The position numbers and the translations under genes were made by a program. A stretch of DNA of 61,719 bases, counting the filler, from a bacterium UBP13_UBA5359 (GTDB taxonomy: Bacteria; UBP13; UBA5359), in NCBI GenBank assembly GCA_002410925.1. It is 4 parts of 4 records of this genome, joined end to end, with 100 filler letters (N's around TTAATTAATTAA, not from the genome) between each part and the next. Parts side by side here need not be neighbours in the genome. Positions count along the whole stretch, not along the records: positions 1 to 15,813 come from DHPR01000005.1; positions 15,914 to 23,177 come from DHPR01000032.1; 2 more parts are not named here. One strand, written 5' to 3'. Position 1 is the stretch's first letter. Each line of letters begins with the position of its first letter. The notes beneath the pieces are model-generated. The model worked only from the letters and a program-made list of their open reading frames with translations. It made no database searches and was not told the origin of the DNA. Below, in pieces: positions 10,702-20,602 of the stretch.

Positions 10702-11511
10702 TTACATCCAGCTTTCAAGGAGGGTGACGGTTTTGCGGATATCCCTAATCTGTTCGTCTCCGCTGATCTCACGCTCGATAATCAGTTCGCCGTCAAAGCC
10801 TACTTCCTTAAGCCGGGCCATGAATTCGGGATAGCGCACCATACCCTCGCCTACCGGCACCTCTTTACCCAGGTTCTCGCCATCGGTGGGGCAAAGACCA
10901 TCCTTGGCATGGATATTCCTGACATACCGGCCGAAGACAAACAGAGCATCTATGGGGTTGCCCTTGCCGTACATCAGCAGGTTGGCAGGGTCAAGGTTGA
11001 TGCCTAAATTACCGGTGCCGGCTCTCTCAATGGCACGTAGCAATACTACTGGCGTTTCCTGCCCGGTCTCGAACCAGAATTCCAAGCCCTTTTCGCCGCA
11101 GTACTCGGCCACTTCCTTGATGGCATCCACCACTCCGGGATAAGCGGCATCGGTCATATTTTCCGGAATAAAACCGCAATGAGTGATAACGGCCGGGGCA
11201 CCTACTCGCTCGGCAAAGTCGGCCCATTTCTTGAGGGCCTCCACTCTTTCCCGGCGATATTCCTCCGGCACCAGACCCAGCGTTACCGGTCCTTCGGTAA
11301 AGTTCCAGGCTGCCGGTCCCGGCACACCGCCCCAGATAGCGCAGATGCGCACGCCGGCTTTAGTGGCAGCTTTCCTGGCGTTATCGGCTATATCCGGCCG
11401 AGCCAGGGAGATATCCCAACTTGCCAATTGACAGACATGCAGGCCGAACTGGCTGACATGATCGAAACAGCGTCCCTCATTGCAAAGCCTGTTGATTACC
11501 CCAATTTCCAT
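10702..11511 (-). CDS. Sugar phosphate isomerase/epimerase (AP endonuclease 2 TIM barrel)
   Basis: THCGFIPE, FETGQET, NLDPANL, HAKDG and IIERE metal ligands. Confidence 0.85.
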   Translation of the reverse strand: MEIGVINRLCNEGRCFDHVSQFGLHVCQLASWDISLARPDIADNARKAATKAGVRICAIWGGVPGPAAWNFTEGPVTLGLVPEEYRRERVEALKKWADFAERVGAPAVITHCGFIPENMTDAAYPGVVDAIKEVAEYCGEKGLEFWFETGQETPVVLLRAIERAGTGNLGINLDPANLLMYGKGNPIDALFVFGRYVRNIHAKDGLCPTDGENLGKEVPVGEGMVRYPEFMARLKEVGFDGELIIEREISGDEQIRDIRKTVTLLESWM

Positions 11512-11649
11512 TTTACACCCACCTCATCAGAAAACTTAAAGCATAGCTTACCACTATGCAGAAGGCAGGTCAATCGGCAGATTGACAGCAGATTGAACCC
11601 TTTGCTGAATGTAGCCGGAAGATTGGATAACAATATCTTTCTGCAGATG

Positions 11650-13475
11650 CTATACCATTTCAAGCATGGCATTGAGCCTGCATGCCGCGGGCTTAAGTCT
11701 GAGACATAGTTCGGGTCTGAAATTATTACCGACAGTGAGCCGGCAAACTGATTGCCCTGTCTCCCACCTGATATCAAGAGCTTCTTTCTCTCCCCTATCG
11801 GGCGCTGCCAATTCCAACCCTGCTCCTTCCATTGAAGGATTCGCAAGCAGCAGCGTTGAGGCACTATAATTGCTCGGCAAAAGATCAGAGAGAAGCATCC
11901 TTTTCCTATTAAAAATTACCGCCAAATCCAGTATTTGCGGATTACAGACCATCTGCAATCCTGTTCGGCAGGCAGTATCGTACGCCCTTATCCCGACAAA
12001 GATAGCATCATCCTCGAATCGCCATTCAGAGATCAGTTCCCTCTCTGTCCATACAAAGCTTCTTTCATCCATTCTACTTAACTTGCCTTGGACACAGCGC
12101 TCTTCAGAAGATAAAAGCACCGGCCTAAAGTGCATAGGCCGGTTGTCGTCTATATCCGTCAACGGCACCTCTCCATTGCCGTCAAGCCTGTAGCGGCTGC
12201 CATCAAGCAAAAACGGCGTAATCCAGCGAGCAAACCTCTCTCGGCTTCTCTCTTTCCAATACGGATCACGCCGGCTACCAATATAAGTCCTCAGATCGGT
12301 TAACTTCAAACCGCTGCTGCATCCAGCCCGCAAACGTGCCCGATAATGTCGAGTACAGGCTAATATACCGGTATCATCTACAACAGAGGCATTCCAGCTC
12401 CCCGGCTGATACCATACTTGAGATGGGGAAACTTCAGGATAGTTGCCGGCATACCAGGCAGCAAACTCACTTACGGTAACATTCTGTGCCCAGCTTTTTT
12501 TTTGTAAATTGGCTATATGGGAGGCCTGCTTATGGTAAGCTCCGGCAAAGCATTTCCAATTCCAGCTATTCTCAGCTATCAGGGAAACCATGCTTACAGG
12601 AGATCCGGCAGCTAACACATGCTCCGTCAGTTTGTTGATATGCTTATCCACCATGCTCTCCGGCAGATTCTGCAACTGAAGTATGGCAATTTCAGTTGAC
12701 CAAATTCCCTTCTCATTACCATAGCTCAGCAACAGATCATCCGTATTCAGAGGATAAACCAGGGCATCTCCGCGCACCTGACGCGCAGGCGCCGGCTGCC
12801 ACAGATTCTTCTGACAGGGCCAATACGGCAGATTCTGCCAGCCTCCCCACAGAGTATAGCCGTCTATACCATACTGGTTGCGACACAAGCCAATGGCCTT
12901 TACACCATAGCTTTCGCTCATATATTCTGCTGAGAAGCTGTCGATCATCCACATGGAGACTACTTTGGGATAATGATGAAAGAGCTCATAAAAGCGCGTC
13001 ATAACCGCATCTATAAGACGGCGCCGTTCCGCCTGGCTGTATCCCATAGTCAGNNNNNNNNNNNNNNNNNNNNNNNNNNNNNNNNNNNNNNNNNNNNNNN
13101 NNNNNNNNNNNNNNNNNNNNNNNNNNNNNNNNNNNNNNNNNNNNNNNNNNNNNNNNNNNNNNNNNNNNNNNNNNNNNNNNNNNNNNNNNNNNNNNNNNNN
13201 NNNNNNNNNNNNNNNNNNNNNNNNNNNNNNNNNNNNNNNNNNNNNNNNNNNNNNNNNNNNNNNNNNNNNNNNNNNNNNNNNNNNNNNNNNNNNNNNNNNN
13301 NNNNNNNNNNNNNNNNNNNNNNNNNNNNNNNNNGCAGCCAGGTTCCGGAGAGACCGTATTTATCTATCATCTCCTTCAGACCAACCGCCATCTCCCAATT
13401 GCTCCATATAGGCGGAGTATCAGTGCCTCTGAGCGGTAGGTTATAGAGTATAAAACGCTTTGAATTTTCCTTCAT
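11650..13475 (-). CDS. DUF3863-like (polysaccharide deacetylase-fold) protein spanning an N gap
   Basis: N-terminal part MKENSKRF...YGLSGTWL lies before the gap. The C-terminal part ERRRLIDAVMTRFYELFHHYPKVVSMWMIDS...QYGIDGYTLWGG resembles DUF3863 proteins. Confidence 0.55.
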
Positions 13476-13504
13476 CTCTTACCTCATAAAAATACCTGTA
13501 ATAT

Positions 13505-14281
13505 TTATAGCTGCTTCACCGGCCTGTAATACTGCTCTGGAGATATCTTCAATTTCTCAATCATATCAATTGAGAATCGTTTCCCTCCAATCTTATCCAA
13601 TCTATGAGCATCAGAGCCCAGGGAAAGCTTCAATCTCTTATCTATACCTAAACAAATAACATCAAGATAAGATTTCTTTAACCTCTCTGTGGGGCATCTG
13701 GATAAAAAGCCTTCGTTAAGCTCTATAGCTATTCCCTTTTCCTTTGCCCCTGTAAATAAATCATCAAAATCCCGCAATACGTATGTGGAAAACTCCTCCA
13801 CAATGCCGTTCTGAGATATCAGCCTCCCGGGATGCGCCAGAACATCAACTAACGGATTTTCTATTACCTTTTCCATCAAGCGAAACCAACTATTATAGAT
13901 CTTGCGCTTGTCCGGCAGAGTTAAATCCAGGCTTTCACTCCAGCCCTTCCCTATACCCGGGTATGCATGGGTGCCTGCCAGTACCGGAAACAGCTCTCCT
14001 TTATCGAAATCCTCAAAGATAAGCCTTCCTTCATATGCATAATCGGGATCGATTTCCATTCCTACAAAGACTTCTATTTGCGTCTCGACCGCTTCAACCT
14101 CTCTCTTGATTTGTTCCAGGTTAGCTCTTCCCATAAGAGAATAAAAGGCGTGTTCCGTTATAGCAATAGATTTCAACCCCTCTTGACCAGCTCTCTCTAT
14201 AACGGCACGAACGGTTAAATCCGAAGCAGCATGTCCGGAGTAAACGGTATGGATATGATAATCCACAAGAGGGGCATTCAC
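13505..14281 (-). CDS. PHP-domain phosphoesterase (histidinol-phosphatase-like family)
   Basis: DYHIHT, ITEH, GMEID, LAHP, ELN and GSDAH motifs. Confidence 0.88.
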   Translation of the reverse strand: MNAPLVDYHIHTVYSGHAASDLTVRAVIERAGQEGLKSIAITEHAFYSLMGRANLEQIKREVEAVETQIEVFVGMEIDPDYAYEGRLIFEDFDKGELFPVLAGTHAYPGIGKGWSESLDLTLPDKRKIYNSWFRLMEKVIENPLVDVLAHPGRLISQNGIVEEFSTYVLRDFDDLFTGAKEKGIAIELNEGFLSRCPTERLKKSYLDVICLGIDKRLKLSLGSDAHRLDKIGGKRFSIDMIEKLKISPEQYYRPVKQL

Positions 14282-14329
14282 CTCTTCACCTCTTTCATAT
14301 GAGCAACTCCAAGGGCATATAAGGAGGCA

Positions 14330-15718
14330 TCAAGAGACCCTGATCAGGGAAAGATCGTCAAATAGAACGGCACCCTTATTACGCCGTGAATAACAGCCGA
14401 CCAGCATATCTTCAGCGCCGACGGGTACGGCAGCCTGCACTCGAATCTCCTGCCAGCAAACTGAGCCGCAAACAGAGTTGCTTCGGACATCTGAAAGGAG
14501 CTTCATCTCGTTATCGAAAAAAAGCAGTGCTATATAATTATCCCCGGTAGCACACTCTCCTCTAATATAGCCGGTCAGCTCATAACTCTGCCCGGGCGCT
14601 GTTATCACCGAACAGGCCCACGGATTACGCCAGCAGGCACCTTTTTCAGGTGTTTCCTGTAATTTGACGCAACTCCCCTTCTTTCTGGCGGTATATCTGT
14701 TCCATACATGCATTAGGTTCAAGGCACCTTCATCACTAACTTCCTTAAGCCAGCCATCGGGACATCCCTGTCCCTGTTCGTCCTCATCAAAGGATTGATT
14801 GCATAAAAGTTCAATATTCAGAGGGGTTTGTCGTAATGTGGGCAAATTACTGCCGATAAGAGTAAAAAGGGTCATTAATACATCTGCCGTCACTTCTGCC
14901 GACTTGGCGGCACATTGCAAGGTTACAGCATCAGCCTCTGCCTGTTTGCCTTTTTTTACCAACTCATAAACTACTGTTGACTTTTCACTCGCAAAGCAAG
15001 ATAACGCCCTCATCCTATCAATTACGGCACCGGTTGCCTTATCCGCATCATCAGCAATAGCCGATGGTTTATACGCATCTATCGACACCAGGTTTCTATC
15101 CTTTATACTCTCCATAGCATGGTGCACTTTGCCCACAGGCAGAGGGTGCATATAATGAGGCGGCGGGGTGGCGTCTTCTATATAATGGCACATGACACCG
15201 GCAAAACGCACTCCATCACGAAGATTACCCTGACGGAAACTTTGCAATGATTTACCGAAAGCACGGACCACAGCCTCTTCCGAGAAACGTCCATTTTCAA
15301 GCGCCCGCCTGACATGTTCATCGGGAGCTTCCTCCATCCTGCTCATACTAAGCTGAGTGCCGTGCAGAAAGTATTCCCCCTCTCCGGTAGCTTCATCAAA
15401 ACCGCAGTAGAAGGGTGCATTCCAATCCCGGCGCATATCCGGAAGACGAGCAAAGCCCGATTCTGACCTGATTATCTCTCCGTATCTGGCCCAGTTAAAG
15501 TCCGGATAGTTGCAGTATATCTTGATAAGCCTGTAAGCTTCAGCTCCCAGCCAGGGCAGGATAGCAGCAGGCATAACCCGCAATGCAGCCGCTGTAATGG
15601 CCGAATGCTCTGCTCCACCCCAGGCATAAAGATTCTCAGGCATCAAAAAAGCAATACCGATAACCGCCAAAAATGCTCTTAAGCATTGCCCCGCTGTTTC
15701 AAAACGTTTGAAAATCAA
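14330..15718 (-). CDS. Secreted Zn-dependent phospholipase C / S1-P1 nuclease-fold protein with a C-terminal CBM4/9-like domain
   Basis: Signal peptide ending LYA, then WGGAEH; HYIEDATPPPH and HHAME Zn ligands. C-terminal NQSFDE...PDGW...PGQSYELTGYIR...FDDLSL. Confidence 0.65.
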   Translation of the reverse strand: MIFKRFETAGQCLRAFLAVIGIAFLMPENLYAWGGAEHSAITAAALRVMPAAILPWLGAEAYRLIKIYCNYPDFNWARYGEIIRSESGFARLPDMRRDWNAPFYCGFDEATGEGEYFLHGTQLSMSRMEEAPDEHVRRALENGRFSEEAVVRAFGKSLQSFRQGNLRDGVRFAGVMCHYIEDATPPPHYMHPLPVGKVHHAMESIKDRNLVSIDAYKPSAIADDADKATGAVIDRMRALSCFASEKSTVVYELVKKGKQAEADAVTLQCAAKSAEVTADVLMTLFTLIGSNLPTLRQTPLNIELLCNQSFDEDEQGQGCPDGWLKEVSDEGALNLMHVWNRYTARKKGSCVKLQETPEKGACWRNPWACSVITAPGQSYELTGYIRGECATGDNYIALLFFDNEMKLLSDVRSNSVCGSVCWQEIRVQAAVPVGAEDMLVGCYSRRNKGAVLFDDLSLIRVS

Positions 15719-15813
15719 CTTCCTTGCTCCTCCTCAATGAATTTTTGAGCCTTGGCCACCAAATTCTTCAACGCCAAATCGATATTCTGCCGCCCCATAA
15801 AAAGAAGCTCCAT
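15715..15813 (-). CDS. C-terminal fragment of an upstream gene (possibly a sugar ABC substrate-binding protein), cut by the contig end
   Basis: MELLFMGRQNIDLALKNLVAKAQKFIEEEQGS-stop, overlapping the next start codon. Confidence 0.35.
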   Translation of the reverse strand: MELLFMGRQNIDLALKNLVAKAQKFIEEEQGS

Positions 15814-15857
15814 NNNNNNNNNNNNNNNNNNNNNNNNNNNNNNNNNNNNNNNNNNNN

Positions 15858-15869
15858 TTAATTAATTAA
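15858..15869. other. Artificial contig linker TTAATTAATTAA within Ns
   Basis: Six-frame stop linker flanked by N runs; identical copies at 23222 and 30790. Confidence 0.95.
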
Positions 15870-16049
15870 NNNNNNNNNNNNNNNNNNNNNNNNNNNNNNN
15901 NNNNNNNNNNNNNGATTTGTACGAAGTTATATGCATCAAATCTTAATTGAGGTTACCGAGGATAAAGCGATCCTTAATTATTAGCAAGGGCTATAGATAA
16001 AAGCGTAAAACTATTGACGAACCTGGAATTATTGCTGGAGGAACGATAA

Positions 16050-17129
16050 TTGAATAATAAAATAGAGTTTAACGATCTTTTAACTATACGAGCAGGTGAT
16101 GATGGCTTAACCCTGGGAAGCAGCCCGTCTTATATTAAAAGGGTCGAGACCTTTGAAGAGTGGGCCGTAAAAGCAAAAGCCCTGCGAGAAATATTTTTAC
16201 AGACACTTGGAGAGATACCGGAAATATCTTGCCCGTTATCTTTGCAGGTGGTTGATGAAATTGATTGCAAGGACTATATCAAACGCAGGATTGAATATTA
16301 TACAGAGCCGGATGAAAAAATTTCTGCTTATATTCTAATACCTAAAGGGGTTTCTATTAAAACACCGGCGATAATATGTGTTCATCCGACAACCCCTTTA
16401 GGGAAGGAACAAGTAATAGGTAATGATCCCACTGAAAAAGGGCAAGATCGTGCTTATGCACTTCACCTTGTCAAACGGGGATATATAACATTTGCATATG
16501 ACCTTCTTAGCGCAGGTGAACGGTGCTACAAAGGTCTTAATGCCTTTGATACCGCGCCTTTTTATGATAAACATCCTAAATGGTCGGTTAGAGGAAAGGA
16601 TTTGTGGGATATAAGCCGGGCAGTTGATGTGCTTGAGTCCACGAATGAAGTCGATGCAACAAAAATCGGTTCCATCGGGCATTCACAAGGCGGCGGCATT
16701 ACCATTCATGCCATGGCATTGGATAACAGAATAAAAGTAGGTGTTTCAAGCTGTGGAATGTGGCCTGCTAGATTATCTAAAAATCCATTTAATAATGCTC
16801 GTACCGGCTGGTGGGTAGGACGTCCACGCTTAAGGCCTTATTGCTATGCCGGAAAAGACTTTCCAATCGATATGCATGAGTATCTTGCTCTTATTGCACC
16901 TAATGCAATCATGAATATCTCTGCCGTCAATGATTGCATGTATACATTAGAGGAGGCGGAAATTGTTGAATCCGCCTTTAGCAATTTAGGTAACAGAGTA
17001 AGAGAGCTCTACAAGATTATAGGAGCAGAGAAGAATTTTAAAAATATCCTTCACCGCAATGGGCATAGTTTTCTGCAGGAAGAAAGAATGGCGGCATATG
17101 ATTTTATTGATGAAAAGCTTAAAGGGTAA
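16050..17129 (+). CDS. Alpha/beta hydrolase (dienelactone hydrolase / acetyl esterase-like)
   Basis: AYILIP, GHSQGG nucleophile elbow, DMHEYLALIAP, GHSF; visibly more AT-rich than its neighbours. Confidence 0.85.
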   Translation: MNNKIEFNDLLTIRAGDDGLTLGSSPSYIKRVETFEEWAVKAKALREIFLQTLGEIPEISCPLSLQVVDEIDCKDYIKRRIEYYTEPDEKISAYILIPKGVSIKTPAIICVHPTTPLGKEQVIGNDPTEKGQDRAYALHLVKRGYITFAYDLLSAGERCYKGLNAFDTAPFYDKHPKWSVRGKDLWDISRAVDVLESTNEVDATKIGSIGHSQGGGITIHAMALDNRIKVGVSSCGMWPARLSKNPFNNARTGWWVGRPRLRPYCYAGKDFPIDMHEYLALIAPNAIMNISAVNDCMYTLEEAEIVESAFSNLGNRVRELYKIIGAEKNFKNILHRNGHSFLQEERMAAYDFIDEKLKG

Positions 17130-17130
17130 A

Positions 17131-17171
17131 AGGGGTCAACTCTTGGCACCTGACAACAAGAGCTGGCCCCT
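17131..17171. repeat. REP-like hairpin related to the RAYT-flanking repeat family
   Basis: AGGGGTCAACTCTTG-GCACCTGACAA-CAAGAGCTGGCCCCT inverted repeat; the left arm aligns with GGGGTCAATCCTTTACTTTTAACA. Confidence 0.55.
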
Positions 17172-17287
17172 ATGATGCCTGGGTCTGGAAGATTTCAAGT
17201 GGCTGCATATCAGTCTGCAAAAAACGGTACGAAAAATAGAAGAGGCATACAACGATTCGGAAAATAGATTACAAAAGGGAGGTCAAG

Positions 17288-20200
17288 ATGATGAGAAAAG
17301 CCATGAAAAAATGGAAAACCGAATGCAGGGGTAAGGAATGGAGGGTAAAGCTGCAGCTTTGCGGAGTCGCAATAGTGGCGGCCATAGTAGCTTTACTATA
17401 TGCTACTCCTCAGATTTCAGTAGCTGCGGATGTGAGCGATGGCAAACCTATAGCCGAGTGGCATTTCGATGATGGCAAGGGAATAACAGCTTTGAATTCT
17501 GCAGATAACAGCAGCAACGGGCAGTTGAGATTGATGGATAGCGCTGCCTGCTGGGTTGATGGCCATAAGGGGAAGGCATTGCTGTTTGACGGCGGTAACG
17601 GTTACGTGAATTGCGGCAACAGCCCTGCAGTAAACATCACCGACGAAATATCGGTGGAGATGTGGTTTTATCCCAAAGCTTATGCGACCGGACAAGACGC
17701 TTTCCCTCTCAGCAAGTGGCAGGGTAGTGGCGGCAATTGCAATTACTGTATGTATTTCTTCGGAGATGTATCGTCGAGCTACGATTATAAGAGGATATGT
17801 TTTCTGGGCAATGCCGGCGGTAAGTGGAGCCGCCTCTCTCCCGCAGTAACGATCCCTGCTCTTGATGCCTGGTATCACATTGTCTGGACATACTCTTCTA
17901 CCGATGGGGGCAAACTCTATATGAACGGAGAATTACAGGGATCTGTATCGGTTACAGGAACTCTGGCTATCAATACGGGCGATCTGAAGATGGGCGGTCC
18001 CGGCTTCAACGGCATCCTGGATGAAGTGCGTATTTATCGCAGAGTGCTCAGCGATACCGAGGTAAGTCAGCACTACAAAGAAATATCGCAAAATACCGTT
18101 GCCGCCGCATGCCGGCCGATATCCTGGGAGGAGCGCAGGCAATGGGTGGAAGCTATCAAGCCGATGCCGTTTTGGAGTCAGCGTGATAAGATCGGATACA
18201 TAGCGGATAATGGGGGCATTCCAACCATTATGGTGGATGGTAAACCCATGCCTGTTCTCACCTCTTATGTCGGCTATGCGCACGCGGAGAGCTATTACGA
18301 GAGAGCAGATCGTTCTTACCACGATGCCCTTTGCAAAGCGATGACTGCGGGAGGCATGGATTACCAATGCCTGCATGTACCTCTGTATGTGATGCAGCGA
18401 AAGGTTGAATGGGGATGGACGCGGAACGTAGCCAAGGAATTTATGAAAAAAAATCCAAATGTCAGATTTTTCCTGAGGGTTTCCTTTATTGTCGACAAGG
18501 GTATGTTCGCCACCGAATACCCGGGGAACATGACGACATTTGAAGATGGCACCGAAGATTATTGGTGGGAAGCCGGTAAGAAAAAAGAGAGATACTCCTT
18601 TGCCTCGAGCCATTGGGAACGGAGGGCTTCGGAAAGCCTTCTTCAGATGCTGGAGGAATTGGCCAAGCAACCTTTTGCCGACCGTGTGTTTGCGATGAAA
18701 GTGACCTTCGGTGTAACCGGCGAGGGTGGATGGTGGAGTGAATTTAATTGGGGCGAGCATGGTATCGACTACAGCCCGGCGATGCAGGATTATTTCCGGG
18801 AATACGTTAAACAAAAATACGGTAACAATGTTACAAAGCTTCAAGCGGCATGGGGAGAGGCGGTGTCGTTTGACAATGTGCATATCCCTTCGATGGCTGA
18901 GCGCGGCATTGACATGCCTACAAGCTGTAACGAAGGCACATACCGGATTCCCGGCAATTTCGGCCATTTCCGTGATCCTCAGGCGCAAGGAAGTCAGCGG
19001 ATCATCGATTTTAATATGGCTATGTCCAACGTCATGGCGGAACGCTTGAACTATTTTTGCGAGGTCATAAAGCGCGCGACCGATGGCAAGCTGTTGGCAG
19101 GCGGGCTTCATTCGCCGCCCTTTTGCGCCACGTTATTTCATTGGGCCGGCTCTGGCGGATTCGAAGCTCTTTTGAAATCGCCTTATGTGGATTTCGACAG
19201 TACGCCTTGGACGTATGAGGGGCGAGCGTTGGGCGAGGGACTCTTCTTTCGGGGTCCGGCAGATGCCATGGCGCTTCGGAAGAAGTGTTTATGGATGGAA
19301 TGCGACACTCGCACAAGCTCAGTGTGCGAAAAACAACGTAAATACGGCGCTCCTCTGGATGTTCAGGGGGATCGTGAGAATCTACGACGTGATTTTATCA
19401 GGTTGATTACCAGTACGGCTAACGGATACTGGTATGAAATAAATTTTCCATGGTTTACCGAAGAGGAACAACGGGAGATTATTGCGGAAATCGGAATAAC
19501 GGCAAAAAGGCTCACGAAGCTGGATAGACGGCGCAATGCCGATATTGCGGTAATTTACGATTGGGATAGCATCTTTTATGCTTCAGAGTTTGTTAATTTT
19601 ACATCGCTATGCAGGCAAATGCTACAGGAATTTGTCAGGATCGGCGCCGATTTTGACATGTACACAATTGATGATATCGGAAAGCCTGAGGTGAATAACC
19701 ACAAGCTCTTTATCTTCCCCAACGCAATACAGCTAAGCGATGAGCAACGTGGACGAATCAGCCGGCATCTTAAACGCGATGGGAAAGTGCTATTGTGGTC
19801 ATATGCTCCGGGCTTGATCAACCCGGATGCCGCAACAAAGCTTTCAGTGGCGCATAGCTCAGACGTAACCGGAATGACACTCGGTTTTATCATGGAGCGT
19901 TTAAGCCCCTTGATGGAGGTGGTAAAGGGAAATGATCGGATGAATATAAAGATGCCGAAGGATTATCAATTCGGGGCACAGCCGCGGCCTGTCACGACAG
20001 GACCCGGTTATGCGGTACCGGAGAAGCCGTTTATCCCCGAGCCTATCGCCGTTTATCCGCAGTTTAACGTTACGGACGTCGGAGCAAAGGCGCTTGGGAA
20101 ATATCTGGATACAGGTCAAACCGGTTATGCCGTGAAACGGTTGAAAGATTGGACATCGATATATGTAGGCACATATCTTATCTCTTCATGTGTTTTACGC

Positions 20201-20470
20201 GATGCGGCCCGGGAAGCAAAGGTCCATCTCTATCTTGAAACCGACGACATCGTATATCATAATCGAAGCCTGCTCGGAATACACACAGCGACCGCGGGCA
20301 GGAAGATTATCCGGTTGCCGAAAAGGTGCGACGTGTATGATATCTTTGAAAACAAATTAGTGGGAAAGAGCATCGATCGTTTTGAAACGACGCTTGAAGC
20401 AGGCAAGACCGTCCTGTATTTCACCGGCCAGGAAGCCGATATACGTAAAGCGTTACGTGCCGAAAAGTGA
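17288..20470 (+). CDS. Secreted LamG-domain plus GH42-like (beta-galactosidase-related) glycoside hydrolase
   Basis: TM/signal segment; LamG motifs WHFDDGKG, ALLFDG, WYHIV, FNGILDEVRIY; DYSPAMQDYFREYVKQKYGNNVTKLQAAWG; C-terminal trimerisation-like domain. Confidence 0.7.
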   Translation: MMRKAMKKWKTECRGKEWRVKLQLCGVAIVAAIVALLYATPQISVAADVSDGKPIAEWHFDDGKGITALNSADNSSNGQLRLMDSAACWVDGHKGKALLFDGGNGYVNCGNSPAVNITDEISVEMWFYPKAYATGQDAFPLSKWQGSGGNCNYCMYFFGDVSSSYDYKRICFLGNAGGKWSRLSPAVTIPALDAWYHIVWTYSSTDGGKLYMNGELQGSVSVTGTLAINTGDLKMGGPGFNGILDEVRIYRRVLSDTEVSQHYKEISQNTVAAACRPISWEERRQWVEAIKPMPFWSQRDKIGYIADNGGIPTIMVDGKPMPVLTSYVGYAHAESYYERADRSYHDALCKAMTAGGMDYQCLHVPLYVMQRKVEWGWTRNVAKEFMKKNPNVRFFLRVSFIVDKGMFATEYPGNMTTFEDGTEDYWWEAGKKKERYSFASSHWERRASESLLQMLEELAKQPFADRVFAMKVTFGVTGEGGWWSEFNWGEHGIDYSPAMQDYFREYVKQKYGNNVTKLQAAWGEAVSFDNVHIPSMAERGIDMPTSCNEGTYRIPGNFGHFRDPQAQGSQRIIDFNMAMSNVMAERLNYFCEVIKRATDGKLLAGGLHSPPFCATLFHWAGSGGFEALLKSPYVDFDSTPWTYEGRALGEGLFFRGPADAMALRKKCLWMECDTRTSSVCEKQRKYGAPLDVQGDRENLRRDFIRLITSTANGYWYEINFPWFTEEEQREIIAEIGITAKRLTKLDRRRNADIAVIYDWDSIFYASEFVNFTSLCRQMLQEFVRIGADFDMYTIDDIGKPEVNNHKLFIFPNAIQLSDEQRGRISRHLKRDGKVLLWSYAPGLINPDAATKLSVAHSSDVTGMTLGFIMERLSPLMEVVKGNDRMNIKMPKDYQFGAQPRPVTTGPGYAVPEKPFIPEPIAVYPQFNVTDVGAKALGKYLDTGQTGYAVKRLKDWTSIYVGTYLISSCVLRDAAREAKVHLYLETDDIVYHNRSLLGIHTATAGRKIIRLPKRCDVYDIFENKLVGKSIDRFETTLEAGKTVLYFTGQEADIRKALRAEK

Positions 20471-20602
20471 ACGTGTTTACCTGTGTATTGGACAAAATAT
20501 TACACTATCATGATAAAAAAGGCTATTGGCGGCAATGCCGGAGCAGGTTATCCTGTAGCTGTAAGAACAAGTCCCATATAAAAATATTTTGAGGTGGTAG
20601 AT

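Noticed and set aside
11496-11864. Overlapping ORF or TAG read-through at the end of the DUF3863-like gene
   Set aside because: No recognisable motifs or RBS, and no evidence of recoding elsewhere in the window.
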